Source: Nitrososphaerota archaeon
Lineage (GTDB): Archaea; Thermoproteota; Nitrososphaeria_A; Caldarchaeales; Calditenuaceae
Length of the DNA: 25,923 nucleotides
Assembly (NCBI GenBank): GCA_038741355.1
Contig: JAVYLC010000003.1
Coordinates: 6,616 to 32,538 of the forward strand
Direction of reading: 5' to 3'
Part shown: positions 8,779 to 17,025 of the stretch, piece after piece
Layout of the letters: every line of letters begins with the position of its first letter
Numbering within the stretch: the stretch's first letter is position 1
Translations under genes and position numbers: made by a program
The notes under the pieces: generated by a model
Database searches by the model: none
Told to the model about the DNA's origin: nothing
The model's input: only the letters and a program-made list of their open reading frames with translations

Positions 8779-9875
8779 TAGACCAGATACTCGTCTAGGG
8801 GAAAGGATGTGAGTGGTATGGCAGACTCCTCCGTGACCAAGACCGTGTCCTCCATTCTGACCCCCCACTCACCTATAAAATAGACACCCGGCTCACAAGT
8901 CACCACGTTATTCTCAACGAACTGGTCTTGACTGCCGGGACCTATTCTCGGAGGCTCGTGAATATCAATCCCTACGCCGTGGCCTAGGCTGTGTATGAAG
9001 TAGGGTTCTAGTCCCTTATTGCTGAGTGAGTCGCGGGCTATGTCGTCGACGTAGCTGCATGAGACGCCAGGCCGCATTATGCTTTGAGCCAGAGTCTTGG
9101 CGTTTATGACGGATTCGAACACATTCTGAAGCTTCTCATCAATTTCTTTTCCGATGTAGAAGGTCCTAGTTATGTCGGAGCAGTATCCCTCTACTTTCAC
9201 ACCCAAGTCAATTACTACCACATCCTTATTCTTTAGAACTCTATCTCTAGCCGTGCCTCTTTGGATTGGCCCGTGGGGAAAGGCAGAGCGCTCGCCGAAG
9301 GCAACTATCGGTGTGAAGGCAGGTTCTTGGCCTACCCGCCTGTAAATTTCAGCCGTCAACTCTGCCTTAACCTCACTCTCCCTAATCCCTGGGACCAAGA
9401 GGTCTGAGGCTGATCTCATGACCCTATCGGAGATTGAGCAGGCTTCCCTAATCACCTCTACCTCGTACGAGTCTTTCGACATTCTCATGTCCCATACGAG
9501 CCTTGACTGCGGCCGCAGGTCTACACCCCCTATTAGGCCACCGATCTTCCTATATGTCTCTACATCTAGGTTGTCTATTCCTACCATTCCGCCTAACTGG
9601 CTAAGAATCTCAGCAAGAAGCGCCTCGGGCGCAGCCCCCATCTTTAACTTCACTATCTCGACATACTCCGAGGCTTCCCTCTCTGCGAGGCCATAGTTCA
9701 TTGGCGAGACGTAGAGGGTTGCCGAACCGTCTTGGCGGATCAGGAGGGTTGCTGGACCCGGCAGCCCTGTGAAGTAGAAAACGTTTGACTCGTTGGCGCA
9801 TATGTAGGCGTTGAATCCGGAGAGCTCCAGCCGTGCGGCAAACTTCTCAATCCGATCCTTATACCTCAACCCCAT
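8775..9875 (-). CDS. M24-family Xaa-Pro aminopeptidase/dipeptidase
   Basis: It has a creatinase-like N-domain plus the pita-bread metal-ligand motifs DLGVKVEGYCSDITRT, HSLGHGVGIDIHEPP and EPGVY...GVRMED. Confidence 0.9.
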   Translation of the reverse strand: MGLRYKDRIEKFAARLELSGFNAYICANESNVFYFTGLPGPATLLIRQDGSATLYVSPMNYGLAEREASEYVEIVKLKMGAAPEALLAEILSQLGGMVGIDNLDVETYRKIGGLIGGVDLRPQSRLVWDMRMSKDSYEVEVIREACSISDRVMRSASDLLVPGIRESEVKAELTAEIYRRVGQEPAFTPIVAFGERSAFPHGPIQRGTARDRVLKNKDVVVIDLGVKVEGYCSDITRTFYIGKEIDEKLQNVFESVINAKTLAQSIMRPGVSCSYVDDIARDSLSNKGLEPYFIHSLGHGVGIDIHEPPRIGPGSQDQFVENNVVTCEPGVYFIGEWGVRMEDTVLVTEESAIPLTSFPLDEYLVY

Positions 9876-9915
9876 TCTGTCGACAATCCCCCTGCGGCAC
9901 TAAATAAGCCTACAG

Positions 9916-11040
9916 CTACTCAAGTCTGAGTGCTTTTCCCCTCCACTTCTCCATCACCGCCTTCTCGCTCCTATGTATCTGCTCGTACAGCCTCTTGACT
10001 TCCTCACCTCTAAGGGGGGCTATGACTACAGGTCTCACGATCAGGTCTCCGCGCGCGCCTGACCGTCTCCAAAGCCCACGCCCCTTCACAACCACCGATG
10101 TGCCGGGGCGCGCCCTAGGCGGTATTTTCACCTCAAGGGGCCCGTCAACACCCTGTATTTTTACCGTCGCACCCAAAACCGCTTCACTAGGTGATATGGG
10201 GGCCCTCACGACGAGGTCGCCATCCTTCACATAGTAGTATGGAGATTTCTTAACACCTATTCTGACGACAAGTATGGTCTCGCCACCACCGGGGCCTGAG
10301 CCTTCCGGCACTCTAAACTGAAGGATGGAGCCGTCCGAGATTCCTCGTGGAATCTCGATGTCTTGCCTCCTGAAACTTTGAACCCGTCCGCTGCCCCTAC
10401 ACGTCTTGCAGGGCCTCTCTATTATTCTTCCTGTCCCACCACAAGCTTCGCAAGTCCTAGCCATGCTATATGTCATGAACCCTAAGACGCTTGTTTTCAC
10501 CACCTGGCCAGTCCCTCTACAGTTGGAGCATGTCCTCAGCCCACCAGGCTCAGCCCCACTACCCCCACAACTGCGACATACCTCCAACACCGAGTATTGA
10601 ACAGTCTTCCTCGCGCCGTTAAACAACTCTTTTAGCGAGAGCTCCACATCAACAACCACTTCCCGAGCAGCTCTCTCCTTATAGATGCCGAAGCCAAAAT
10701 CCTTGAAAAGACGTTCAAAGATCGAGCTAAAACTTCCTAGTCCCAAGTCCCGGAAAATATCCTCGAAGTCCTCCATCCTAGACCTGAAGAAGTCCTCCCT
10801 AGTATACGCGCCTGACAGCCCCTCATGACCGTACATGTCGTATATCCGTCTCTTCTCGTCATCCATCAGTACAGCATAGGCCTCGCTGATCTCTTTGAAC
10901 TTCTCCTCGGCTTCCGGAGACTTGTTTCTATCGGGGTGATACTGGAGGACGAGCCTCCTGTACGCCTTCTTAATCTCATCCTTTGTAGCGTTGCGCGGGA
11001 CGCCGAGGATCTCGTAGTAGTCCTTTTTGGCTCCCCGCAT
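9916..11040 (-). CDS. dnaJ: Molecular chaperone DnaJ (type I)
   Basis: The J-domain has DYYEILGV and HPD. Four CxxCxGxG zinc-finger repeats follow ([32 protein letters not shown]), then a C-terminal substrate-binding domain. Confidence 0.95.
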   Translation of the reverse strand: MRGAKKDYYEILGVPRNATKDEIKKAYRRLVLQYHPDRNKSPEAEEKFKEISEAYAVLMDDEKRRIYDMYGHEGLSGAYTREDFFRSRMEDFEDIFRDLGLGSFSSIFERLFKDFGFGIYKERAAREVVVDVELSLKELFNGARKTVQYSVLEVCRSCGGSGAEPGGLRTCSNCRGTGQVVKTSVLGFMTYSMARTCEACGGTGRIIERPCKTCRGSGRVQSFRRQDIEIPRGISDGSILQFRVPEGSGPGGGETILVVRIGVKKSPYYYVKDGDLVVRAPISPSEAVLGATVKIQGVDGPLEVKIPPRARPGTSVVVKGRGLWRRSGARGDLIVRPVVIAPLRGEEVKRLYEQIHRSEKAVMEKWRGKALRLE

Positions 11041-11071
11041 TCCCTACCCTACCTTTTTCTCCATGGAGGCT

Positions 11072-11098
11072 ATTGATAAATTAAAATCAATGGTTGAT
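11072..11098. promoter_or_regulatory. Inverted repeat ATTGAT-N8-ATCAAT plus a third TTGAT copy, overlapping the dnaJ A/T box
   Basis: ATTGAT lies at 11072-11077, ATCAAT at 11086-11091 and TTGAT at 11094-11098. The minus-strand A/T box TTTTAATTTAT (about 11075-11086) is about 40 nt upstream of the dnaJ ATG. Confidence 0.3.
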
Positions 11099-11127
11099 TT
11101 CTGGACTGATGCGTATGGTTATGGTTT

Positions 11128-11475
11128 TTATTGCACACCAGCGCCGGGCTCTATCTCTTTTTCTGGAGCTATTGGGACAATATTTTCCTCACCTGTCATT
11201 GCGGCCAGTATCATGCACTCTGAGACTAGGCCTCGAACCTTCCTGGGCTTTAGATTGGTGACGAAGACGTAGAGCCTCCCCTCGAAGTGCTCCGGGCCGT
11301 ATAGGTGGCCTAGACCGGTGATGGCCTGTTTCCTCTGGCCGCCGAAGTCGACCTCCAGTCTTAGAAGTCTGTCGGTAGCAGGTACGCGCTCTGCCTTCAC
11401 GACCCTCCCAACACGCATCTCAACCCGCTTAAACTCGGTAATATCGATCTCGGGTAGACTCAAACCCGTCTGCAC
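11128..11475 (-). CDS. tRNA-binding domain protein (Trbp111/CsaA / MetRS C-terminal-domain-like)
   Basis: 115 aa. It shows an OB-fold tRNA-binding signature FKRVEMRVGRVVKAERVPATDRLLRLEVDFGG...QAITGL. The start is GTG. Confidence 0.85.
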   Translation of the reverse strand: MQTGLSLPEIDITEFKRVEMRVGRVVKAERVPATDRLLRLEVDFGGQRKQAITGLGHLYGPEHFEGRLYVFVTNLKPRKVRGLVSECMILAAMTGEENIVPIAPEKEIEPGAGVQ

Positions 11476-11590
11476 GACTATCAGAAGCCACTATATTTGT
11501 GTGATGCACCAAGCTCCCTGAAAGAGCTTTAAAAGGCGAGCCTATAGAGACACACCGTCTATGGATGAGAATGCTAAATCTTTATGCGGC

Positions 11591-12169
11591 CTATGCTGTG
11601 TTTTTGAGGTACGTCCGCCTTCTCCAGCTGAATAGGGGTCTCTCATCGCGGAGCTGTTGAGACCAAAGCCTCTCCATGATGATGCCGGTTGGGATCGAGG
11701 CGAGTGTTAGAGCGGCGACCATCACTGGGAGTTCGAGGGGCTTCTCTATGAGAATAGTCGAGAAGACGGTGTCTATCTGCCATCTGAGATCTTCGCTCTG
11801 CATCGGGAGGGAGGGTAGAAAGCCGATCATGAGCATTATGGCCATTATCATGAGGAGCATCGAGGTTGTCAGGGCGGCTGTTATAGCCTGTGGGAGAGAG
11901 CGGCTCATAAGCCCCACAAGAAGCCCCGCCAAGGCGAGGGAGAATAGGGGGAGGGGGCCGTAGCTAGAGCTTAACACAAAGTTCACGCCTGTTATCTTCA
12001 CGCCGTCCCCAAAGATGCTCGAGAGGGGGGTTAAGTGGAAGAAGACCGCTTTGAGAAACTCCCCCACGACAGCCCGCTGGGGATCATAAACCGGAAGCTG
12101 TACACCCGCCGTATAATATACCCCCAGCAAGAGCAGAAGCGATACCGCCGCGAGTATACCTCTCAGCAT
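11591..12169 (-). CDS. Hypothetical integral membrane protein
   Basis: 192 aa with about 4-5 hydrophobic segments and no motif I recognise. The A/T box GGCTAAATATACC (minus strand, about 12193-12205) lies about 29 nt upstream of the ATG. Confidence 0.55.
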   Translation of the reverse strand: MLRGILAAVSLLLLLGVYYTAGVQLPVYDPQRAVVGEFLKAVFFHLTPLSSIFGDGVKITGVNFVLSSSYGPLPLFSLALAGLLVGLMSRSLPQAITAALTTSMLLMIMAIMLMIGFLPSLPMQSEDLRWQIDTVFSTILIEKPLELPVMVAALTLASIPTGIIMERLWSQQLRDERPLFSWRRRTYLKNTA

Positions 12170-12278
12170 TCGGGGTTACATGCGAGGGTAGCGGTATATT
12201 TAGCCGTTATATCCCTAAAGCCTAGAATTACCCTCTAATAATACTGCGGGATTCTCCATAAAGTAGTGAGAAACCCGG

Positions 12279-12482
12279 CTACGTAATCGGCACCTGGATA
12301 TACTTTGACGAGTCGACGGGTTTCTTCTTCCTCGGCGAGTTCCTCAAGAGTATTCCGCAGTAGGGGCATCTGACGCTGTCTGTTAGGTGGTATGTCCTAC
12401 ATCTGCTACAGTATTTATAGCCTGCGGCATAGCTCCTCCTCGCCGGGATTCTTATGGTCTCTGTTTCCTGCAGGGACGCCAT
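12279..12482 (-). CDS. Small C4 zinc-ribbon protein with a basic tail
   Basis: The cysteine pattern is CSRC-x14-CPYC, followed by RNSPRKKKP. I prefer ATG 12482 over the ORF-track GTG 12491, because the A/T box ACTATATGC on the minus strand is about 28 nt upstream of 12482. Confidence 0.55.
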   Translation of the reverse strand: MASLQETETIRIPARRSYAAGYKYCSRCRTYHLTDSVRCPYCGILLRNSPRKKKPVDSSKYIQVPIT

Positions 12483-12524
12483 ATCCCTCACCTCTTTACA
12501 GCATATAGTCTGCCTCGCTGTTTT

Positions 12525-12554
12525 GATAAGCGTTATGCTTAAATAGTATATACA
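12525..12554 (+). promoter_or_regulatory. Promoter/operator region of the AbrB-PhoU gene: GATAAGCGTTAT block plus AATAGTATATACA A/T box
   Basis: The A/T box is centred about 26 nt upstream of ATG 12571, which implies a leaderless transcript. TAAGC-N5-GCTTA (12527-12541) is an inverted repeat. Both blocks recur upstream of the paralog at 21434. Confidence 0.4.
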
Positions 12555-12570
12555 TTACATATACAGACAA

Positions 12571-13620
12571 ATGACCATTCATCCAAGGAGGCTTCAGAGA
12601 TTAGGCACAACCACGCTCGTAGTATCGCTCCCTAAGCAATGGGTGGCTGAGAGGAGGCTGAAGCCCGGCGACATAGTCTACATCGAGGTTAACGGAGACA
12701 ACCTCACCATACATAGTAGGGAAGTTGTGCATGAACCTGCATCGGTAGTCATAAACGCCGATGAGGTGGAGAAGCCTGAGGTTTTGGCCAGGATAGTTAC
12801 TTCCTGCTTCCTACAGGGATTCGACATAGTCAAGGTCACCTCTAACTCAGGGCTCACGGGTAGTCAGATCCAGGCGATACTAGCTGCCGTTGAATCTCTT
12901 CCTGGCTTTGAAGTTATTGAGCAGACCCCGAGGCAGATAGTTTTGCAGGCAATAATTGACCCGACGAGGTTTAAGATCGATGCTCTAATCAGGCGGCTTA
13001 ACGTTCTTGTTATATCGATGCTAGGCGTTGCTATAGACTCACTCGTCCGCGGAGTGTCTGAGAAGGCGGGAGATGTTATAAACACGGGAAAGAAGCTTGA
13101 GGAGCTTTACTCCATAGCCGTGAGACAGCTAATCCTCGCCCTCAGAAACCCCTCAGTCGCACACACGATAGGAATCGACATGCCAATCGCCGTGCTGGGA
13201 TACAGGCTTGTGGCAAAGGCCCTTGAAGAAGCTGGACAACATGCGATCGCACTCGCAAAAGAGAGCCTGAACATCAGGCATAAAGGGGCTCCCACTAAGA
13301 GGAGGATTGTAGATAGGCTTGTCTCACTGGCGGAGGATATTCAGAGCCTTCTCACAAACGGTGTCAACGCCTTCCTGACACTCGACCCCAAGATGATAAA
13401 TAATGTTCTAGACTCCTTGGAGGGTATAGCTGACGAGATTGAGTCAACCGAGCGCGAGTTAATTGAGGAAGTAAGTGACGTTGAGTTCTCCCTCTCCCTC
13501 AGGGTCTCGCTGATGCACTTCTCGGCAATTCTAGATTCGGTTAAGATGATTGCGGAGGTGGCGTTAAACAAGTTTGTGAGGATGAATACAGGCATTGTCC
13601 AAGCGGTTAGTCCCCCCTAA
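12571..13620 (+). CDS. AbrB/SpoVT-domain + PhoU-like domain regulator (archaeal 'phosphate uptake regulator'-type)
   Basis: The N-terminal swapped-hairpin motif is RRLQRLGTTTLVVSLPKQWVAERRLKPGDIVYIEV. The C-terminal half is helical with PhoU-like acidic repeats. No pst genes are nearby. Confidence 0.8.
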   Translation: MTIHPRRLQRLGTTTLVVSLPKQWVAERRLKPGDIVYIEVNGDNLTIHSREVVHEPASVVINADEVEKPEVLARIVTSCFLQGFDIVKVTSNSGLTGSQIQAILAAVESLPGFEVIEQTPRQIVLQAIIDPTRFKIDALIRRLNVLVISMLGVAIDSLVRGVSEKAGDVINTGKKLEELYSIAVRQLILALRNPSVAHTIGIDMPIAVLGYRLVAKALEEAGQHAIALAKESLNIRHKGAPTKRRIVDRLVSLAEDIQSLLTNGVNAFLTLDPKMINNVLDSLEGIADEIESTERELIEEVSDVEFSLSLRVSLMHFSAILDSVKMIAEVALNKFVRMNTGIVQAVSPP

Positions 13621-14349
13621 ATGGTTATGATTGAATTCTGCGAGCCTAGCCGCTCTTCTAAACACGTTGTTTAACATCCTCTGGGTCAGCAGTCGTGTCT
13701 GCGTGTTCCTTCTGCTAGGATGATAGGACGCCAGTAGCCAGATAACCCGCCTACCAGGACCCTGAGTAAATTTATAGACTCGGCCGTGACGGAACAGGGG
13801 CCTACCATCCTCCGGTGTAAATCCCTTATCCCTGAGGAGCCTGACAGATGTGCTGAATGCCAATCCCCCCAGCGCCACAATGGCCCTTACCCTTCCGAGA
13901 GCATCAAACTCCTCGCTCAGATACCTGTAGCAGTTCTCCAGCTCTTCTTTAAGCGGCGTATTACGTGGTGGAACGCATCGTAGGGCCGCAGTAAGGAAGC
14001 ATCCTGTCAGTCTCAACCCATCGTTGAAGCTTATCGAGTGGGGGATATTTGCTAGGCCGTTTGCGTAGAGGGCTCTGACTAGGGTGTTGCCAGCGCTATC
14101 ACCTGTGAACATCCGGCCAGTCCTATTTCCTCCATGAGCGGCGGGAGCTAATCCTATGACGAGAACAGAGGCCTTTGGGTCTCCGAATCCTGGTAGGGGC
14201 TTGGCCCAGTAGGTCTCGGCGGAGTATCTCTTGGGTGGGTGTTGCGCAACCGCCTGCCTGTACCTTACAAGCCTAGGGCACAGGGTGCATGAGACAATCT
14301 TATCGCTTATCTCTGCCAGTCTCTTCTCAGGCGGGTCTTGGGGTCTCAT
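13564..14349 (-). CDS. Uracil-DNA glycosylase, family 5 (UDGb-type), Fe-S cluster cysteines present
   Basis: The CTLCPRL cysteine pair is present. Motif A reads GLAPAAHGGNRTGRMFTGD, the GLAPA type of family 5 rather than the GEAPG of family 4. Later cysteines occur in TGCF...LRCVPP, and HPS is near the C-terminus. Its ATG overlaps the stop of the upstream gene (ATGA at 14346-14349). Confidence 0.85.
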   Translation of the reverse strand: MRPQDPPEKRLAEISDKIVSCTLCPRLVRYRQAVAQHPPKRYSAETYWAKPLPGFGDPKASVLVIGLAPAAHGGNRTGRMFTGDSAGNTLVRALYANGLANIPHSISFNDGLRLTGCFLTAALRCVPPRNTPLKEELENCYRYLSEEFDALGRVRAIVALGGLAFSTSVRLLRDKGFTPEDGRPLFRHGRVYKFTQGPGRRVIWLLASYHPSRRNTQTRLLTQRMLNNVFRRAARLAEFNHNHLGGTNRLDNACIHPHKLV

Positions 14350-14969
14350 GTCCTGACGAACGGGTTGTTCCGCCTCTCATAGCCTATTGTTGTGGATGGA
14401 CCGTGTCCCGGATACACCAAGGTGTCATCGGGTAGAGTGTATAGCTTTGATTTTATCGACACTATTATCTTTTGGGGGTCTGCTAGGGGTATGTCTGTTC
14501 TGCCTATTGTGCCTTGGAAGAGTGTGTCCCCGCTGAACAGGGTCTTGCCTGTCAGGAGGCATGAGCTTCCAGGTGAGTGGCCCGGTGTGTGGATAATCTT
14601 TAGCTGCATCCCTCCGACATGGATTGTGTCGCCATCCTCTAAGTAGCCGTCAGGCCTCGGCGGCTTTAGACTCACTCCCAGTATTCGGAGAGTGCTTTGG
14701 GGCAGAATGTCTAGTACTGCTTGGTCTGCGCGGTGAATCAGAAACTCCACTCCGAGAGCCTCTCTAATATCGTCCACGGCTAGGACATGGTCGAAATGCC
14801 CATGCGTCGCTATTATCTTCTTGACCTTGACACCAGTCCTGAGTAATCCCAGTATCTTGTACGGCTCGTCTCCTGCATCGATAATCACAGCCTCGCCACT
14901 GCCGCCGTCGACAAGCAGATAGGAGTTGCTCCTCAGGGGCCCCACGCTAACATAGTAGACCTTTTCCAA
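14346..14969 (-). CDS. MBL-fold metallo-hydrolase (glyoxalase II-like)
   Basis: The HxHxDH motif is ATHGHFDHV, followed by TPGHSPGS and a later GH. I prefer TTG 14969, giving (M)EKVYYVSVGPLRSNSYLL..., a typical family N-terminus at 207 aa. The ORF-track ATG at 15065 would overlap the upstream gene by 59 nt. Confidence 0.8.
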   Translation of the reverse strand: MEKVYYVSVGPLRSNSYLLVDGGSGEAVIIDAGDEPYKILGLLRTGVKVKKIIATHGHFDHVLAVDDIREALGVEFLIHRADQAVLDILPQSTLRILGVSLKPPRPDGYLEDGDTIHVGGMQLKIIHTPGHSPGSSCLLTGKTLFSGDTLFQGTIGRTDIPLADPQKIIVSIKSKLYTLPDDTLVYPGHGPSTTIGYERRNNPFVRT

Positions 14970-15006
14970 CCCTAATCCCCCAGAAGCTCTTGGCTTTGAG
15001 CTAAAC

Positions 15007-15876
15007 CTATCGTTGCTGGGAAGAGAGCCTCCTCGGCCAAGAACCCACCTCCTTCCTTGCCGCATCTACGAAGGATGCTGGAGCTAGGCAGCCGAGCTCA
15101 GAGATGTACTCTGTAACTAAGCCAGAGTCGATTCTCTCGAATACTTGGAATTCTACCGGGGCCCCTTCCACCGTCAAGCTCCACTTCTCTGCTTCCCAAA
15201 GGTTGTTAATGTCGAGTTTAGTTGAGTCGCAGATTATAAACGTTGGGATTCCCGCCTCTCGGGCGGCTAGTGCCACTATCCCCGAGCCGGACCTATTGAC
15301 GGCTGAGCCGTCAGGTAGCACTGCGTCACAACCCAGCAGCAGGGCGTCAACACCTGTGAGGGCTTCATGGACTGAGAGGTCAGGTAGAAGTATAGCGTTC
15401 AAACCCGAGGCCTTGAGCTCCCTATACGCTGCAAGACCATCCATCAGAGGCCAGCCCACCAAGACCCTAGACTCACGAGGTATAATCCTCTTCACGGTCG
15501 ATATTACCTGCGAGCTCTTACTGAGTGTGAGTACTGTGCTGTATTGTGCCAGTCTCTTCTCAGCAGATCTTAAAGCCGCTTCTAAGGCTGCCTCATACAT
15601 TCGGCGCAACTGGCGTATCATCTCCCGCAAATATGGCATATGCCCGCTCTCTTCCAGCGAGATGGTGTAGGCCTGCTTCATGATACCGACTAGGTTTATC
15701 GGGGAGACGAGACTCCTCCGTTTAAGGACGGTTGCATACAGCTCTTCGAGGAAAAGTTTGACAACATCAGGCCCTTCCTCCGGCACGGCCTCCTCCAGAT
15801 ATCTGAGGAGCCCCACGGCTATTTGAGAGGAGCCGCCCCGCCTGTCAAAAACTATCTCAGAAAACCTCTCCAGCAT
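15007..15876 (-). CDS. aIF-2B / eIF-2B alpha-beta-delta-like family protein (short, group II type)
   Basis: The C-terminal Rossmann-like signature is GCDAVLPDGSAVNRSGSGIVALAAREAGIPTFIICDSTKL. At 289 aa it is shorter than the MtnA/ribose-1,5-bisphosphate isomerase members of the family. Confidence 0.8.
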   Translation of the reverse strand: MLERFSEIVFDRRGGSSQIAVGLLRYLEEAVPEEGPDVVKLFLEELYATVLKRRSLVSPINLVGIMKQAYTISLEESGHMPYLREMIRQLRRMYEAALEAALRSAEKRLAQYSTVLTLSKSSQVISTVKRIIPRESRVLVGWPLMDGLAAYRELKASGLNAILLPDLSVHEALTGVDALLLGCDAVLPDGSAVNRSGSGIVALAAREAGIPTFIICDSTKLDINNLWEAEKWSLTVEGAPVEFQVFERIDSGLVTEYISELGCLAPASFVDAARKEVGSWPRRLSSQQR

Positions 15877-15877
15877 T

Positions 15878-16897
15878 CTACGGCTTCAGTAATATCTTTC
15901 CGAAATGCCCGCCGGCCTCTAATCGCCTATGGGCCTCGGACGCATCCTTGAGGCTGAAGACTCTGTCGATCACTGGACGTAGCTTGCCTTGAGAGAACAG
16001 GTTGATGATTCTGAGGAACTCGCCTTGAGTTCCCATACCACTTCCAATTATTCGCTGGTATTTTCTATAGAACGGCCTCACGTTGAACGAGACTTGGTCG
16101 CCTGCAGTTGCGCCTACCACCACGAGTGTGCCGCCCGGTGCGAGGCATTGTAGGGCCTTCTCCCAGAAGGGGGTTCCAGCCATTTCAAGCACGACGTCCA
16201 CGCCCTCGCCGCCCGTCTTCTTCAAAACCTCCTCGACCACATCCTTCTTTTTGCGGTTTATTACAAGGTCGGCGCCAGCCTTATAGGCCTTCTCCTCTTT
16301 CCAGTCATCCCCAACCACAGATATCACGCTCGCGCCTGACAGCCGGGCAATCTGCGTAGCAGCCACCCCCACTCCACTACTCCCACCTACTACTAGAACC
16401 CACATCCCTGGGCCTATAGCCGCGTCTGTAACCAGCGCCCTCCAAGCTGTGGAATAGTTTACGGGGAGGGCTGAGGCCTCCTCTAGGCTGACTCCGCTCG
16501 GGAGGGGAATCGCTGAAGATGCGGGCGCGGCCACCAGCTCCGCATACCCTCCCCAACGCGTGGAGCCGAGCCTCGAACCGTTTCTGCAGAGCTGGAAGCG
16601 TCCAGTGAGACAGTATCTGCACCTGCCGCAGGGCGTGTCGGGGAACAACACCACTCTGTCACCCCTCCTGAGATGGGGTACTGTTGACGAGACAACCTCA
16701 CCGGCAACATCAACCCCTAGGACGTGGGGGAGCTTCACATGGTATTTCCCAGTTCTAATCCACACGTCCACCCTGTTGACGCCTGCTGCCGCAACCCTAA
16801 CCAGCACCTCTCCCTCCGCCGGCACTGGGTCGGCCACGTCCCTGTACTCGAGGACATCAGGCGGGCCATATCGCTCAAGGACCACTGCGTTCAACAT
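15878..16897 (-). CDS. Medium-chain dehydrogenase/reductase, quinone-oxidoreductase-like
   Basis: GroES-like and Rossmann domains are present. The motifs are AAGVNRVDVWIRTGKY (QOR-like), the NAD(P) fold VVGGSSGVGVAATQIA, and a structural-Zn-type loop CGRCRYCLTGRFQLC. Confidence 0.88.
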   Translation of the reverse strand: MLNAVVLERYGPPDVLEYRDVADPVPAEGEVLVRVAAAGVNRVDVWIRTGKYHVKLPHVLGVDVAGEVVSSTVPHLRRGDRVVLFPDTPCGRCRYCLTGRFQLCRNGSRLGSTRWGGYAELVAAPASSAIPLPSGVSLEEASALPVNYSTAWRALVTDAAIGPGMWVLVVGGSSGVGVAATQIARLSGASVISVVGDDWKEEKAYKAGADLVINRKKKDVVEEVLKKTGGEGVDVVLEMAGTPFWEKALQCLAPGGTLVVVGATAGDQVSFNVRPFYRKYQRIIGSGMGTQGEFLRIINLFSQGKLRPVIDRVFSLKDASEAHRRLEAGGHFGKILLKP

Positions 16898-16950
16898 GTT
16901 ATCGAAACTATTGGCAGGTAAATGAGTATATCGCCAAGCACCTCTGCCGG

Positions 16951-16965
16951 AATCCTCCGAGGATT
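16951..16965. promoter_or_regulatory. Perfect 7-1-7 palindrome AATCCTC-C-GAGGATT just upstream of the fbp A/T box
   Basis: It lies in the 128-bp divergent region between the MDR gene and fbp. The A/T-rich AAAACTAAAATT at about 16970-16981 follows it. Confidence 0.3.
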
Positions 16966-17025
16966 GAGGGAAAACTAAAATTGAGCCCTACCCGCTCTAG
17001 TGCCGAAAAGAGGCTGAGAATAGGT

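Noticed and set aside
15104-16925. Plus-strand ORFs 15104..15670, 16083..16286, 16108..16359 and 16560..16925, and minus-strand off-frame ORFs 16377..16622 and 16483..16713
   Set aside because: They are antisense or off-frame shadows within the aIF-2B-like and MDR genes. Their translations are P/S/R-rich and featureless.
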